Positions 1 to 11,687 are shown, numbered from the stretch's first letter. The stretch is 64,000 nucleotides of DNA from Eukaryota sp. TZLM1-RC (GCA_040285825.1 JAUPSS010000009.1:248001-312000); one strand, 5' to 3'. Numbers and translations: made by a program. Notes: generated by a model from the letters alone, not told the origin.

Positions 1-213
1 GTACAACCAGATGAGTTGATGTGTTCCTCCAAAAATAGCTGCCTTCATTTTAAAGGAACATACATGTGTGTTCTCCCCTAGGAGGATGCAAAAGATGTCC
101 AATAAGGAACGCAGTATAGCCAACCATGCCACAAAGAGCAAAAAAAGATGAGAAACAGCAGAGTTGTAAGTAGGAAAATGAAGTTCTGCTTTCCAATAAT
201 TTAATCGGATACC

Positions 214-2214
214 ATGTCACATTTTGTGTTAGATATTTACAGGGGTGTTCGTGAGAGAGAGTTGGTGAACCGCCATGACACCATCATATCGTTCTGCTGC
301 AACTTGTGCGCACAGCTCTCTGTACTTCCCAATTTTCGCCATTCTAAGGAAGTTCAAAAACCGGAAGTCAGTGCCATTGTTGGTACAAGAGGGTCAGGAA
401 AGACGACTTTTGGTTCTACACTGTTTCATTCGTTTACGGATGCTCTACTTCTTGAAAATATGTGTTCTTCTGCTATGTCTCTTGGTTTAGATAGCCCAAT
501 GCCCCATTTTCTGTTGTATCTCTTCTTCTCTGGACGCTTTGCCGCTTTGGAATTGACTACTGCTCCATATGATCTTGATCAATATGCAACCTGGCTTTTG
601 AAGTATCTTGCAGTCTATTTTGATGTCAAAGATTCATCATTAGCTTTCTCTGACGAATCTGTCAGTGAACAATTTGTTGACCATCTGAGGTCTCTCCTTG
701 CAAAGGTTGATTTTTCGTTCACTTGTGATGACGCAGAACTGTCCATTTCTCTTCAACAACACTTTTCATCTGATGCAGAAGCACTTGATTTCTATAGAAA
801 AGTCACTAATTGTCCAGATGCTGAACTTCCCTTAATAGTTTTTATGGACGAAATGTCTGGTGCTAGTTCTTCTGGATCTTCTTCTATGCAGAACATTTAT
901 CCTCTTATTGATTACATTGTCCGTTCTGGTACTGGCTTGGTCTATGTTGCAGGTCTTCACAAGGAATACATTTGTGATTCTCTTTCAAATTCACAGTTTG
1001 TAGCTGTTCCCTACCGTCTACCAGTTATTGCTAGCTTGGACCACCTACAGCAGTTTTTGAATACTGCTCCTGAATTAAGAAATGTTCAATACGATAAGGC
1101 CGAAGCTCTGAAGACTTTAATTAAGTGTTGTGGCAATCCTAGGACCATTGTTTCTGCCATTAAGTCTTTTGCTAAACATAAATTGTGGAAGGTTCCATCT
1201 TCCTCGGCTACTTCTGGCTCTTCGTCTTTTCAGTTGGCAGCATTGGTAGCCTTGCCCCTCCAGATAAATGTTGATTCTTTTTTAGGTCAGTCCATGAAGC
1301 AACTTGAACTCGAAGCGAATCTAATGTTGGCACCAATGGTGTTACCTCCAAGGCACTATCTCCGGCACTCTGACAAGGAGAAGTACAGTCTGACATCCTT
1401 TCATTGTTTTTTGGACGCTATCAACTTTGAACCTATTGGACCATATTCAATAGAGACTGTGTTTGAAGAGGTTTTCAATGAGGCTGTCCGTCGCTTTTGT
1501 TTACCTGGGAACTCTAAATCATTCCATAAAGTGGGCATACATCTCGAAAAGGTTGTTTATTTCATTTTGATGTATCGGAATTGGCTGTTTCGAAAGGCCA
1601 TCCGACCAGGTGCTTTGTCTACCCCACTGTTCTACCTCTTTGGCCCCAGTCATACTTCTCCTTCCCCAGATTCGGTACTGTGGGGGTTGGAGCTTGTTAA
1701 GTTGTCATTGCCTGTTGCTGTTCCTGAGGAACTTCCTTTTAAAATCGAAATTTCCAATACTGAAAACCTCACAGGCAGACTTGAACACTACATTGGCTCT
1801 GTTGTTCTCAATGGTGATTGTGCTCAAGGACCAGATCTCATTATTTTATCCAAGGATGGTACAAGAATTGGTATTGATGTTAAGAGCAAGTCATGTAACC
1901 ACCCGATCAAGCAGTTTGCTCAACAATTCATATATTGTCTAGCTGCTAATCCCCCCATTCCCGTTCTTTTTTCAATTAGATGTGTGGAGACTGTTGCTGA
2001 CATTACGAGATATCGACGCAAGCTTACACCGCAAGTTTATTCAGATGTATTTGATGATCTCAAGGGTACTTTTTCACATCTCCCTGCAACATATGATGAT
2101 CTCATTCGGCATGTTCAGCGAGATGCTGATGAATCACCCCACCATGAATTAATGGGCAATGAGTTTTTTGGTCCAACAGTGGGATCACTGTTGAGGGTTC
2201 TGTATGAGCAGTAG
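214..2214 (+). CDS. P-loop NTPase with C-terminal PD-(D/E)xK nuclease fold (Crinkler/RHS-like effector architecture)
   Basis: 666-aa intronless ORF; Walker A GTRGSGKTT, Walker B LIVFMDE, GxP-type motif CCGNPRTI, C-terminal GPDLIILSKDGTRIGIDVKSK resembling PD..(D/E)xK. Confidence 0.65.
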   Translation: MSHFVLDIYRGVRERELVNRHDTIISFCCNLCAQLSVLPNFRHSKEVQKPEVSAIVGTRGSGKTTFGSTLFHSFTDALLLENMCSSAMSLGLDSPMPHFLLYLFFSGRFAALELTTAPYDLDQYATWLLKYLAVYFDVKDSSLAFSDESVSEQFVDHLRSLLAKVDFSFTCDDAELSISLQQHFSSDAEALDFYRKVTNCPDAELPLIVFMDEMSGASSSGSSSMQNIYPLIDYIVRSGTGLVYVAGLHKEYICDSLSNSQFVAVPYRLPVIASLDHLQQFLNTAPELRNVQYDKAEALKTLIKCCGNPRTIVSAIKSFAKHKLWKVPSSSATSGSSSFQLAALVALPLQINVDSFLGQSMKQLELEANLMLAPMVLPPRHYLRHSDKEKYSLTSFHCFLDAINFEPIGPYSIETVFEEVFNEAVRRFCLPGNSKSFHKVGIHLEKVVYFILMYRNWLFRKAIRPGALSTPLFYLFGPSHTSPSPDSVLWGLELVKLSLPVAVPEELPFKIEISNTENLTGRLEHYIGSVVLNGDCAQGPDLIILSKDGTRIGIDVKSKSCNHPIKQFAQQFIYCLAANPPIPVLFSIRCVETVADITRYRRKLTPQVYSDVFDDLKGTFSHLPATYDDLIRHVQRDADESPHHELMGNEFFGPTVGSLLRVLYEQ

Positions 2215-2599
2215 GTTTGATGAATTGAATTTCTTTGTTTCATTGATATAGTGCTCTTTAAATCTATTACAACTGTACTTTGACCTCAGGTGTCCGAACC
2301 AGTGTCAGTCTAGGAGCACCAATTAATCCAACACCTTTTCCACAGTCAAAACTTCCTGTTACTGATTCACCTTACTTATTAATGTTATGTTTGATGTCTT
2401 GCCAATGTAGTATCCGATTCAGAGAATGTGTTTTAGATGATGTTTTTCTGGAGGAACAACTGCACAGCGGAGGATGTGAAGAGAAAGCAGAAAACCGCAC
2501 ATTGTATCAAGTTGACAACGGTGCTCTATCCATCTTTTCAAGACGCAAACAGATGTTAGACCAGAACAAGCAGGGAGAAGGACAGTTATGGAATGGAGT

Positions 2600-2870
2600 T
2601 CATACCTGATATCACATAACCAGGGTGAGAAGAGAACACACCATTATCTATAGCTGAAGATGCCAAGAACCAAAAGTATTGGGAAAAATTAAAATGTTTA
2701 AAATTCAATTCTCATACCCATTATCTTATTTTTCTCTACTAACTGTCCATTTGTGTTCTCACCGAATGGATCTTCTGCAACGTTGCATTATCTTTGTTTT
2801 ATATGTTTTCAAAAATTGTTAAACGTAGAACAGGAAGACATTTTTTTTCGCAGAATTTTTTAACTTTTTT
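2600..2870 (+). mobile_element. Degraded 3' fragment of RLE non-LTR retrotransposon
   Basis: Frameshifted remnants (AEDAKNQKY; KIVKRRTGRHFF) resembling the C-terminus of the other RLE copies in the window. Confidence 0.45.
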
Positions 2871-2899
2871 CAACATTTTCAGTTTATCCAATAGGGAAT

Positions 2900-3912
2900 A
2901 TGAAATCATGAAATACTCAACTATAGCTCCACATCCTCAAAACCTGCCTCACCTACATCAAAACAATTAATTACTAAAGATTCAGAAAATTTCCCAAATT
3001 AAGAGAGTGAATCAGAAATTAATTTCACCATTCCCTTAAAAATAGAAAATACAATCCTGTTTTGCCAGTAAACACGATTGAAATTTCTTCCAGTTCTTTC
3101 CTTTGCAACTACAACAAAATCGTCAAGGAAAGCCATAGCAGCCTTACCCAAAGATCCAAGCAAAGAAAGAACAAAGGGGCATAAATTATTTTGAGCATGA
3201 GAATTTTCATTAACCGAGGAAATGAATTTCGCAAATTTAGCAATTTTATATTTTTGGCCTACAAAAAGAGGATTATTTACATCCGAGTTAATGAGATGTT
3301 CGTTAGAGGAATTACAAGGGTTAATAGACATGGTGTCTAAAAAAGTAAAACAACCATTTAAACCGGGAACAACTAGATCACCCATAGAAGCGCTGTTGTA
3401 ACGCGTTCTATCAATATTGGGGTCATCAAGAATTAATTTTGATAACTACGGCTCTAAAAAGGAATCTACTCGATATGATTTGCACATTACATGAATTTGG
3501 TCCCTGACGTTATTATGCACTTTGCTTCTAAATGTAATGAAATGTTTACAGTTCAAAAGATGAGTAAACACAAGAGGTTTACCACATTTACAAGTTAAAT
3601 GATTGGGCAAATTGTTTGGCCACAGAAAACAATGAAAACGCATGTTTAAAAACCATTCATTGTTTTTCAACAAAAGTCCATAAACAGAGGGAATTTGAGT
3701 TACTAAAGCAGCAGCAGAACTATCACGAATATCCTTTAAAAAATTACCAAAAACAGGATTTTTAGTTTTGGCCACGCCAAGTCTTTCTTCATAATCCAAG
3801 CCTTCATATAATTTAACCAGATGGCTGAAGCTTTTTCAAGCAAAAACGTAAATTTGGAAGTGATTGGGTGGGAATTTCTTGAACATTTTGAGGAAAACAC
3901 TTAATCCAAATA
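2900..3912 (-). mobile_element. RLE (CRE-like) non-LTR retrotransposon 3' part, disrupted, interrupted by the MULE
   Basis: ORFs 3446..3799 (CKCG..HLLNC..RSKVHN zinc knuckle) and 2999..3385 (GDLVVP..FLDTM..KIAKF, PFVLSLLGSLG). The reading frame continues beyond the MULE at 5937-6010 (..ELDNLPKDIWIKCFPQNVQE..). Confidence 0.85.
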
Positions 3913-5936
3913 GGGACAAGTTCACTTATACCCATTTTGTCAAATTTTGTCCCACTTGTACCCAATTTCTCCATACCCATCAATTTTGGTTTCACCTGTA
4001 CCCAAATTGCAACAATTAAACATTTCTTTATAAAGCAATCTACGTCTACATCAATTCAGTGGTCAATTCATTCCACTGATCGTCTGAGTCCTCTTCCAGC
4101 TCAGTTTCACTTTCATAATCTTCTCCAGAACTTGAGGACTCGTCAAAAACATCATGAATTGTACTAATGTTAATGATAGACTCATATAACATTTCTTCGT
4201 CCACCTCACTTACATCACCATCATTTGCTACCTTTACCTTCTTCTTCTTTCTTCCCTCACCAGGCCGTAATCTTTTTGTTGGTGGTCTTCCACGAGCCTT
4301 TTTGTAAGTTGGAGGCAGCATATCGACTTCATCTAAGTCTTGAATCTCTACAGCACCAATAAAGTTCTCACAAGTTCTTAGGTAATTTTCGGTAAGGTAG
4401 TGAGAATCAACCCCATTTAAGACCGGATGTTTCAGTTTTTCCAAAGCTGCGACAGCATATCTACATGGGATGCCCAAACGTTGCCATTTTTCACAGGTAC
4501 ATAAACGCTCCTTAATATTCACTGTGTACTTTTTCTGAGCTTCTTCTACTTGGACGAAGATGTTGTCATCTCTTCTTATCGTTCTCGTCTTCAACTTTCT
4601 CCCTTCTACAACTTCATCCTTCAATTTATGCCAAACACTTTCTACAATAGCTTTCTGCATTTCTGATCCACGATGATATCGATCTTCAAACCATCGATTG
4701 AGATTATCCATGATAGTTTGGATCATTGCTATTACAGGCAATCCTCTGGCAACAAGAAGCCAAGCATTGAGAGATTCGATTAAATTGGACGTGAAGTGCC
4801 CATAACGAAGACCTTCAAACCCAACAGTAGCCCAATTGCTGATCCCAGCTTTTGTTACCTTTTCGTAGGCCTTGATGGATTGTTCTCTCAATATCTCGAG
4901 ATACTGTTTTAATTCAATCTCTGTTTCTGCCCTTGCTGCTTGCCATAAAACACTTGTATACTTAACGCCTATATTTTTGGCCAAATGGCGAACACAGTAG
5001 CTGTGAAACGCATCAGGAAAAATAGATCTTACAGATTCAACAAGTCCTTTCTCTCTGTCAGATATAATGGTTGTTACTTCTGTTTTGAGACAATTTTTTA
5101 GCTCACAAAGAAACCATCTCCAGTTGTCATAATTTTCTCCAGAAACTATAGATATCGCAATTGGAAACAGCTGACCCTGAGCGTCGATCATTGTTGCACA
5201 TAACATCACATTTTTATGCTTTGTTTTCAAATGGGTTCCATCAATTTGAATGAGTGGACGACAGAACTGACTCCCATGTAAAGATCCACCAAAAGCAATA
5301 AACAAACGTTTGAAAGTATTGTCTGCTTCTTTCTCCAACACACAATGAGAACCAGGGTTACACTGTTGGATACGGAGTATAAGAGAATAAAGCCGTGCGT
5401 AGTTTGTTTTATGAGTACCAAAGACAATCTCTCGAGCTTTTGCTCGAACTTTAGCTGCAACTCTTTCAGCAAGCTTCATATCAGCTATCTCATCCAGTAA
5501 TGGCTTGAGTTCGGAAGCTGTTAGAAATGGTTTGGCCTTTATTCTATCTTTCACTCGAGGATGGCTTGCAAGAAAGGAAGTAGTAGGTCTTGGAGCTTTC
5601 GTTCCAAGAGCAAGTGGATCACAAGTATGTTGAATCAGGATTTTGACGACATAAGGTGTCTCATCTGGACAGTCTTTCTTTCTAGTTGCGTAGCAGCGGA
5701 ACGTGCAATCTTTGCTTCTACAGACAGCATTGATGCGAGTTACCTCGGATTTTGTATATCTGATGCTCGCTTTTCTATCGGAACCTTCTTTTCTAATAAG
5801 CTCTTGCAGGATGTCTTTGCTGAACCTATTGCCCACTGAAAGTTTGAATCTGGGGTTTTCAGAGATATTGGAGATGGTTAGATCTGGGTACATGTGGACT
5901 TAAATTTGACAAAATGGGTATAGCTGTGATTTCCCC
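3913..5936 (-). mobile_element. Complete Mutator-like (MULE) DNA transposon, 2,024 bp
   Basis: Imperfect ~35-bp TIRs sharing the core TATACCCATTTTGTCAAATTT; perfect 9-bp TSD ATCCAAATA at 3904-3912 and 5937-5945. Confidence 0.95.
4046..5893 (-). CDS. MULE/MuDR DDE transposase with SWIM-type zinc finger
   Basis: 615 aa; QIDGTHL, IISDREKGL, CVRHL, TSNLIESLNA motifs; CTC..GIPCRY SWIM finger (His replaced by Tyr); RGRP and basic NLS; acidic tail. Confidence 0.95.
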   Translation of the reverse strand: MYPDLTISNISENPRFKLSVGNRFSKDILQELIRKEGSDRKASIRYTKSEVTRINAVCRSKDCTFRCYATRKKDCPDETPYVVKILIQHTCDPLALGTKAPRPTTSFLASHPRVKDRIKAKPFLTASELKPLLDEIADMKLAERVAAKVRAKAREIVFGTHKTNYARLYSLILRIQQCNPGSHCVLEKEADNTFKRLFIAFGGSLHGSQFCRPLIQIDGTHLKTKHKNVMLCATMIDAQGQLFPIAISIVSGENYDNWRWFLCELKNCLKTEVTTIISDREKGLVESVRSIFPDAFHSYCVRHLAKNIGVKYTSVLWQAARAETEIELKQYLEILREQSIKAYEKVTKAGISNWATVGFEGLRYGHFTSNLIESLNAWLLVARGLPVIAMIQTIMDNLNRWFEDRYHRGSEMQKAIVESVWHKLKDEVVEGRKLKTRTIRRDDNIFVQVEEAQKKYTVNIKERLCTCEKWQRLGIPCRYAVAALEKLKHPVLNGVDSHYLTENYLRTCENFIGAVEIQDLDEVDMLPPTYKKARGRPPTKRLRPGEGRKKKKVKVANDGDVSEVDEEMLYESIINISTIHDVFDESSSSGEDYESETELEEDSDDQWNELTTELM

Positions 5937-6029
5937 ATCCAAATATCCTTGGGCAAATTATCTAATTCAATATCTCTGAAATGTTGCTTGAAAGAAATAT
6001 AACGTCATATTTTAAACAAAATTCGAAAG

Positions 6030-6270
6030 TTTGGATTTTAGTGTCCGTCTTAGCTCGGCTAATAGCTGATTTGAAACACTGAAAACATGTGAGTTATCGA
6101 ATTTGACCTTTTGCAGTGTCAATTTAGAAAAGACTTGGTACGATGGCACTTACTTTCCTCGAAGAATTTAGGAAATTGGTGGAAAAAGGACGAATAAGCA
6201 ATGTCTATTTCATTATGGTTAAATCGAATTGTTTTCACCATTTTTGAAACTTTTGTTTCTAAAATAACTT
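6030..6270 (+). mobile_element. RLE retrotransposon 3' fragment
   Basis: PFAVSI..GRLGTMALTFLEEF..LWLNRIVFTIF matches the C-terminus of the other copies. Confidence 0.6.
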
Positions 6271-7199
6271 CATTACGATCGTATACATCACTAAAAAATG
6301 ATCTTTTTAAACAAAATAGAATGATTAAATTAAATCCTTTTCCAATTGGCAGAAAAATATTATTTTATCAAACAAAAATTAACATAAACTCGTAAGTAAA
6401 ATCAACATTTTCACCCAGAGTAAATTGTATTATAATGGATGTTTTAAAAGAAAAATTTAAAGCAGAATTAACACTTTGTAATCATTCACCATCTTACATT
6501 GTACACACTTGCCAAGCTCGTATCATCTGTAATAATATTGTATCACAAGACTATAAAAATATAATAGAAATTAAAAATGATGTTTACGATATAACCTCAA
6601 CAGAAGTAACAAACTCCAATGTTAAAAATTTTAACAACTATTAGCTTGTTGAAAACTAATGAACAAAACTTAATCATACCCACTGTCAAATATTAAAAGG
6701 TTTTTTATTTTACTGAAATGGCTTCAGTTTTTTTCCCTTCTTCTTCTATTCTCCTCTTTGGGCTTCGAATGATTGTCCACGCAGGAAACGGAGTTTATGG
6801 AAATGCTACAATATGATTCTCCATTCATCTCTTGTCGTTTGTTACCCCACCAATCATTTTCTTCCAACGTTCCAACAATTAAAAAAAATTCTACGTTTGT
6901 AACAATTCTGATTCAGTAGGTGTAGATCCCCAAGATCAGGGGGAAGAAGGAATAATTTCCTTTTTTGATGCCCTAGACTCGATATCTGCTGAAAAACTCC
7001 AAAACATGATTGAACTTTGTTTCATAAAGCCACTATTGCTGTTATGAAATCAATTGTCCGATTTCTGAATTGTAAACTCATAAGTAAACTTCTGATTTAA
7101 GAAAATGCAGCCACTATTCGAACGCGACACCAGTAATTTTTGTTGGATGAAGATCGCTTTCCCTTGTCTAACAGATCTTTGGATTTGTTGATTAATACC

Positions 7200-7435
7200 T
7201 TTTCAAAATGAATCGGTTTGTCGAATTTCTAAATAATTTTAAGATCCTCTGAGATCTCCCATTAGAGTGAAACTCATCCCTAAACCTCGAGACGGCTCAA
7301 ATTTGGGCTGTGTCATTCAATCCTTCATTTTGTAGATTTTGTAGAGGAAGATTCTGTAGAGGAAATCTTGGTTCAATGATAGTCGTCCCATTAGTTATGA
7401 GTTAATTTAATTAAGTGTGCAAATTCAATAAATAT
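7200..7435 (+). mobile_element. RLE retrotransposon 3' end (same family as 44057-44543)
   Basis: GTAGAGGAAATCTTGGTTCAATGATAGTCGTCCCATTAGTTATG..GTGCAAATTCAATAAATA is the reverse complement of ~44063-44142. Confidence 0.75.
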
Positions 7436-7499
7436 TGATCTTTCATTGATGGCTTGTTAATTAAGAAATATGATATTTATTCCATTGGGATTTATTTCA

Positions 7500-8970
7500 A
7501 AATTTTACAAAGGTATCCCAGCAGATCAACAACAATAGAAAAAACGAAGCACCATCTATTTGCCAGAAATTTGATAAATTATTTCTTGATGGTAAAATGA
7601 ATGGTGCAGTGGCCTCATTGAATAACCAAAAACTAGTTCCTGAAAACTCCGATACTGTTTCCTAGTTAAATAATGTTCATTCTTACGAAGATGCGCTCAA
7701 CAATTCTATTTCTTCTTCTGAATCCACCAGCTATTGGAGATCCAACCTATTGTCTGAAGTAGAACTATCTAATGCAATCTGTTTTCGACTGTATGGCAAA
7801 GCTGTAAGACCCTCAATGATCACTTTTGATCACGTAAAATGTGCTGTCAAATATCTGAATACCACACTGTCTTCATTGACCCGTTTAGTTGCAATAAAAT
7901 TTTTTTACATACAAACCTAGAAAATTGTTCGAACGATTTCTGGAAATCATTTTTTCTGTAAAAGTTGACTTTATCTCGATTGAAACAAAAAATTCACCAA
8001 ACTTTTTAAGAACAGTTCCTAAACTAGAGAAGAAGATTATTAATTATTTTGAAGCAGAATCACTGAACAACCAAATTAGCAAGGCTAACAACTCTGGTGA
8101 TTTTTCTTTGAAATTATTTTTGTCTTACTTGTGCGGTGTGAATTCTTTTCAAAATAGTTCGTATTGTTTGATAACTCAAGTTCCTTGCCTCTTTGGACTA
8201 ATACTCTCAGATATTCAATTTTTCACAATCATGCGAATCAGACTTAATCTACCTCCTCCTCAATGCTCATCAAATATGAAATGTAAATGTGGTACTTATA
8301 GTTCTTCTAATCACCTTATTTCCTGCTGTAAATTCACTCAGAAAAGATCAATTATCCACTATGCTGTTCCTGATTGTATTAATGACCTGTTAAAATGTGA
8401 TCATCATCCAGTTCGTTCAGAACCTCTGTTTGATGAATTCTATTTCAGTTTGAGCCAAGAAGGAAGTGATATACAGTGTGCTTGGTATGATGGAACTGAA
8501 CTAATTATCAATTGCATCACCGTATCTGCCTCAAATAGAAGTTCCAATTCTGACGTTCAACATTTACTCAAAGTTGCAGAACTTTTCAAGAAATCAAAAT
8601 ACGAAGCACTTCTACAACGTCCAAATGGAGCAAGAGGCATCAAATTTGTCCCAATCGCTATATCAATTTTTGGTACCATTGGAAGTGAAGGTCTTCATTT
8701 TTTAGATGATTTAGAAAAACTTCTCAAAGAAACTGGTCATACATTTGATTCTTTTCATTTGGAAGAACAGAATCGTATTTCGTTATTTAAAGCCCTTCCT
8801 GGTTATATTAACTCCATTTTGAATAACATTACGGAGTTTTATAACAAGCTAGTTGCTATTCAAGTGAATAGCGAAAATCTTCAGTAATTTAGTTGATGGG
8901 GTTTGAATAGAAAAAGTATTAGTTAAGGTTTGTTGTTGAGTGTTAAAATGTGAATGTTCCAGTAATAAAT
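7500..8970 (+). mobile_element. Internally deleted RLE (CRE-like) non-LTR retrotransposon
   Basis: ORF 7925..8887 with CKCG..HLISC..RSIIH knuckle and RLE motifs (GSDI..KKSKY..VPIAISIFGTIG); upstream pre-RT remnants (GKAVRPSMITFDHVKCA); AATAAA near 8963. Confidence 0.8.
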
Positions 8971-9192
8971 TTTATTTCGTTTTTAAATAAAATTGAAATT
9001 GTTATTGAAAGATTTGACAACCGTCTTTCTGAAGTAAAATCAGGACAATTGAGTGGTTCAACCAAACACCAAATTAAACAACTTTCATACAGAAAAACCT
9101 GAGTAAAAATGGCTCTATGGCATTATGAAACATGAAAAACATCCTTTTCATCGAAAGAATATATAAATAAAGCAAATTCAAACTGAAAAAAA

Positions 9193-10818
9193 TCAACTAT
9201 TTTTTTTAAACCGTCCAATTGCTTCTTCAATATTAATATCAGCCAAATCAAAATAACTTTCACCATTATAAGTAACAACATCTCCAAATTCAAGAAAAAT
9301 TCGAACTAAAATACTCTCTACTTGCTGAGTACTGTGATTCAACCTTTCTTCAATCATATTTAATTGATGTTGAGAATCATGTTTTAAAGAACTCACAGTA
9401 GCCTGCTTCTCCGATAACAGACGTTCTCTTTGCGCAATAGCAACCGAAGCCATTTCCCAAGCAGTTATCGCTGATTTGAACAACTCAACAAACTCCATAG
9501 AAGTATACTTGATAAGCAGATCGATTTTCTGAAGTAAGGGCATTTGTAAAACTTGCATAACATCCTGGAACCTCTGAGATAACTCATCCAACTCTTTTGA
9601 CAATTCAACCGACTGTTGATCAAATGAGAGCATTGACAGATTGACCGGAGTCGTGGGGGTTCCAGAAAATATCTTGGATGTGTTATTTAGGGGACTTTTA
9701 GACCTTGTGCTTCTCTCTTCTCCATCGCGAGAACAACCATAAACATCGTCGATAAGCATGTCGTCTTTCTCTACGTGACTCTCCAAGTAACCAAGAAGTT
9801 CATCATTGATTGAACCACCATCTCTGGTGGAGGGAAGAATGTTGTGAGCTATTCTCTTAACAGAATTGGGATGTGGGAGGGCAAAGGATTGTTGGGCAGC
9901 CTGGTTGAGAATTGACTTTGAGTCTAGTTGGGTGACTGTGGTTAATTCTGTCTCGTCTCCTTCATCTCTGGGATCAACTGCCTGAACGTCTTCAGGATTA
10001 CGACTGTCATCTCTGTTGGAATGACTGTACAAAGCAAAGTCAGCCGGCAGTTTAGTGGGAAGAAGTGATCGATCGGTATTGTTCATGGTGGGAAGTGGAG
10101 GCATTTGGCAAGACGGAAGAGGTAGCGTGATGGGAACCTTGTCATTAGGGTAAATGGTGAAAGCAGGTTTAAATTCATTTGGGGAATCACTGATAACAGC
10201 TAATGACTTACCAAGGTCAACTGATCTGGATAGTGATGCAGGAGTCGAGAGAAGAGGAGGAGAAGGCGTTTGATCAGTTGTGGTCAGTGCCGACTGTGAT
10301 TGCTGATTTGATGGGCGATTTGATTGTCTTGGTCTTGCGCTTCCTTTCTGTGTTGGTCTTGTAGTGTTTGGCTTTGAAACTAGTAGTTTCAAATCGTTTC
10401 TCGCGGCCGCCCTCAGATGATGGTCTTGGATATTAAAACTTCCAGAATGAGAAACACCTGCTTCTTCCCCACTGTGAATTTGCTCTTGGTTTATTGCTTT
10501 GGTGTGCTTAGCTACAAGCTTTTTTAAATCGATTTTTTTGGATAATTCTACAGATATCCCAGCAGATGCTCTTAGAGAATTATCATCACTGGTGAATAGT
10601 CTATTATTTGAAAAGTGCTTTTGTTTTGACTTCCATTTTTCAGTTATTTTAGACTTTGTAGACTCAATGTCAGAAGATACACGACGCAACAGCTCACAGT
10701 ATTGGGTTTTAGTAAAATGTGGGGGTGTAGAAATGAGGCGGGTAAGATGTTCATATTGCTCAAGGTTATCGTCAGTGTTGTGATCTTCCGTGTTGGAGGA
10801 TGGGAAGACATCCGACAT
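9193..10818 (-). CDS. Coiled-coil protein with CCDC87-like C-terminal region
   Basis: 541 aa; C-terminal LQMPLLQKIDLLIKYTS..WE..EFGDVVTYNGESY recalls the CCDC87 family C-terminus (from memory). Confidence 0.5.
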   Translation of the reverse strand: MSDVFPSSNTEDHNTDDNLEQYEHLTRLISTPPHFTKTQYCELLRRVSSDIESTKSKITEKWKSKQKHFSNNRLFTSDDNSLRASAGISVELSKKIDLKKLVAKHTKAINQEQIHSGEEAGVSHSGSFNIQDHHLRAAARNDLKLLVSKPNTTRPTQKGSARPRQSNRPSNQQSQSALTTTDQTPSPPLLSTPASLSRSVDLGKSLAVISDSPNEFKPAFTIYPNDKVPITLPLPSCQMPPLPTMNNTDRSLLPTKLPADFALYSHSNRDDSRNPEDVQAVDPRDEGDETELTTVTQLDSKSILNQAAQQSFALPHPNSVKRIAHNILPSTRDGGSINDELLGYLESHVEKDDMLIDDVYGCSRDGEERSTRSKSPLNNTSKIFSGTPTTPVNLSMLSFDQQSVELSKELDELSQRFQDVMQVLQMPLLQKIDLLIKYTSMEFVELFKSAITAWEMASVAIAQRERLLSEKQATVSSLKHDSQHQLNMIEERLNHSTQQVESILVRIFLEFGDVVTYNGESYFDLADINIEEAIGRFKKNS

Positions 10819-10952
10819 CAGATACTTGTAATTTGTAAGGATAATTGAGAATGTGGTAAGCTTAAGGGCCTTTCAAAGTATAAAGCCGTAAAAACTGTTC
10901 TTAAACCGAAAAAGTGTCATGTCATTTTGTTAATCCTCAAGTCTCATCATCC

Positions 10953-11687
10953 ATGTCAACACTAGATGCTTTTATTACATTGAACACTTACATTATTTCA
11001 GATACTCATTTGGATGATAAAAAGGTTGGTGAATTCTCTCCTAATAGATTACCATCAACTGTCAGCTTCGACCCGGAGAACCCTACACCCTGGCTGACAC
11101 AACACAACAATGATATCATTGAAGCGTGGAATTCTGCCATATCTGCAACGGATCGTGTTTTTTGTTTAGGTGATTTTGCTTGGCGCAAAGTGGACCAATT
11201 CTCTTCAAAACTTAGTGGAAAGAAGGCGATACTGTTAGGAAATCATGACAAGGGTAGACAAGCTTACAAATTATGGGACTATGTCATTGATAAGCCCACT
11301 ATCAGTCTTTCAGGAATTCTGATGGAAATGGCCCAAGTCTCTGTGTTCAACAAGGTTAACTCATCCTGTTTTGTTAAAGATTTTGACTTTAAAGGTAAGA
11401 ATGTTCGAATTATGTTTTCACATTTGCCAGTTTTTGATTACAGCAATCAATTTGATCCTCTGCAGTTTGTCAGACAACGTGAAATTTTGGAAACTTTATT
11501 TACTGAACTACGGTGTGATCTCAATGTACATGGTCACATTCATGATCTCTCAGCCACTGATAATCGTTGTATCAACGTTTGTGTAGAGAGAATAGGTCTG
11601 GGTCCTGTTACTTTGAGAAGTGTGCTGGAGCGTTATTTCCGCAATAATAATGAAAATGATTGTGATGTAGATAGGTCGAATGTTTAA
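10953..11687 (+). CDS. Calcineurin-like metallophosphoesterase, prokaryote/phage type (AQ1575-like)
   Basis: ISDTH, WNSAIS.TDRVFCLGDF, LLGNHD, SHLP, NVHGHIH, CINVCVE motifs; first in-frame ATG at 10953. Confidence 0.85.
   Translation: MSTLDAFITLNTYIISDTHLDDKKVGEFSPNRLPSTVSFDPENPTPWLTQHNNDIIEAWNSAISATDRVFCLGDFAWRKVDQFSSKLSGKKAILLGNHDKGRQAYKLWDYVIDKPTISLSGILMEMAQVSVFNKVNSSCFVKDFDFKGKNVRIMFSHLPVFDYSNQFDPLQFVRQREILETLFTELRCDLNVHGHIHDLSATDNRCINVCVERIGLGPVTLRSVLERYFRNNNENDCDVDRSNV

Noticed and set aside
10819-10910. GTATCTG-ATG upstream of the 10818 gene resembles the family-A Fanzor end
   Set aside because: Only ATCTG matches, the spacing differs and there is no convincing upstream alignment.
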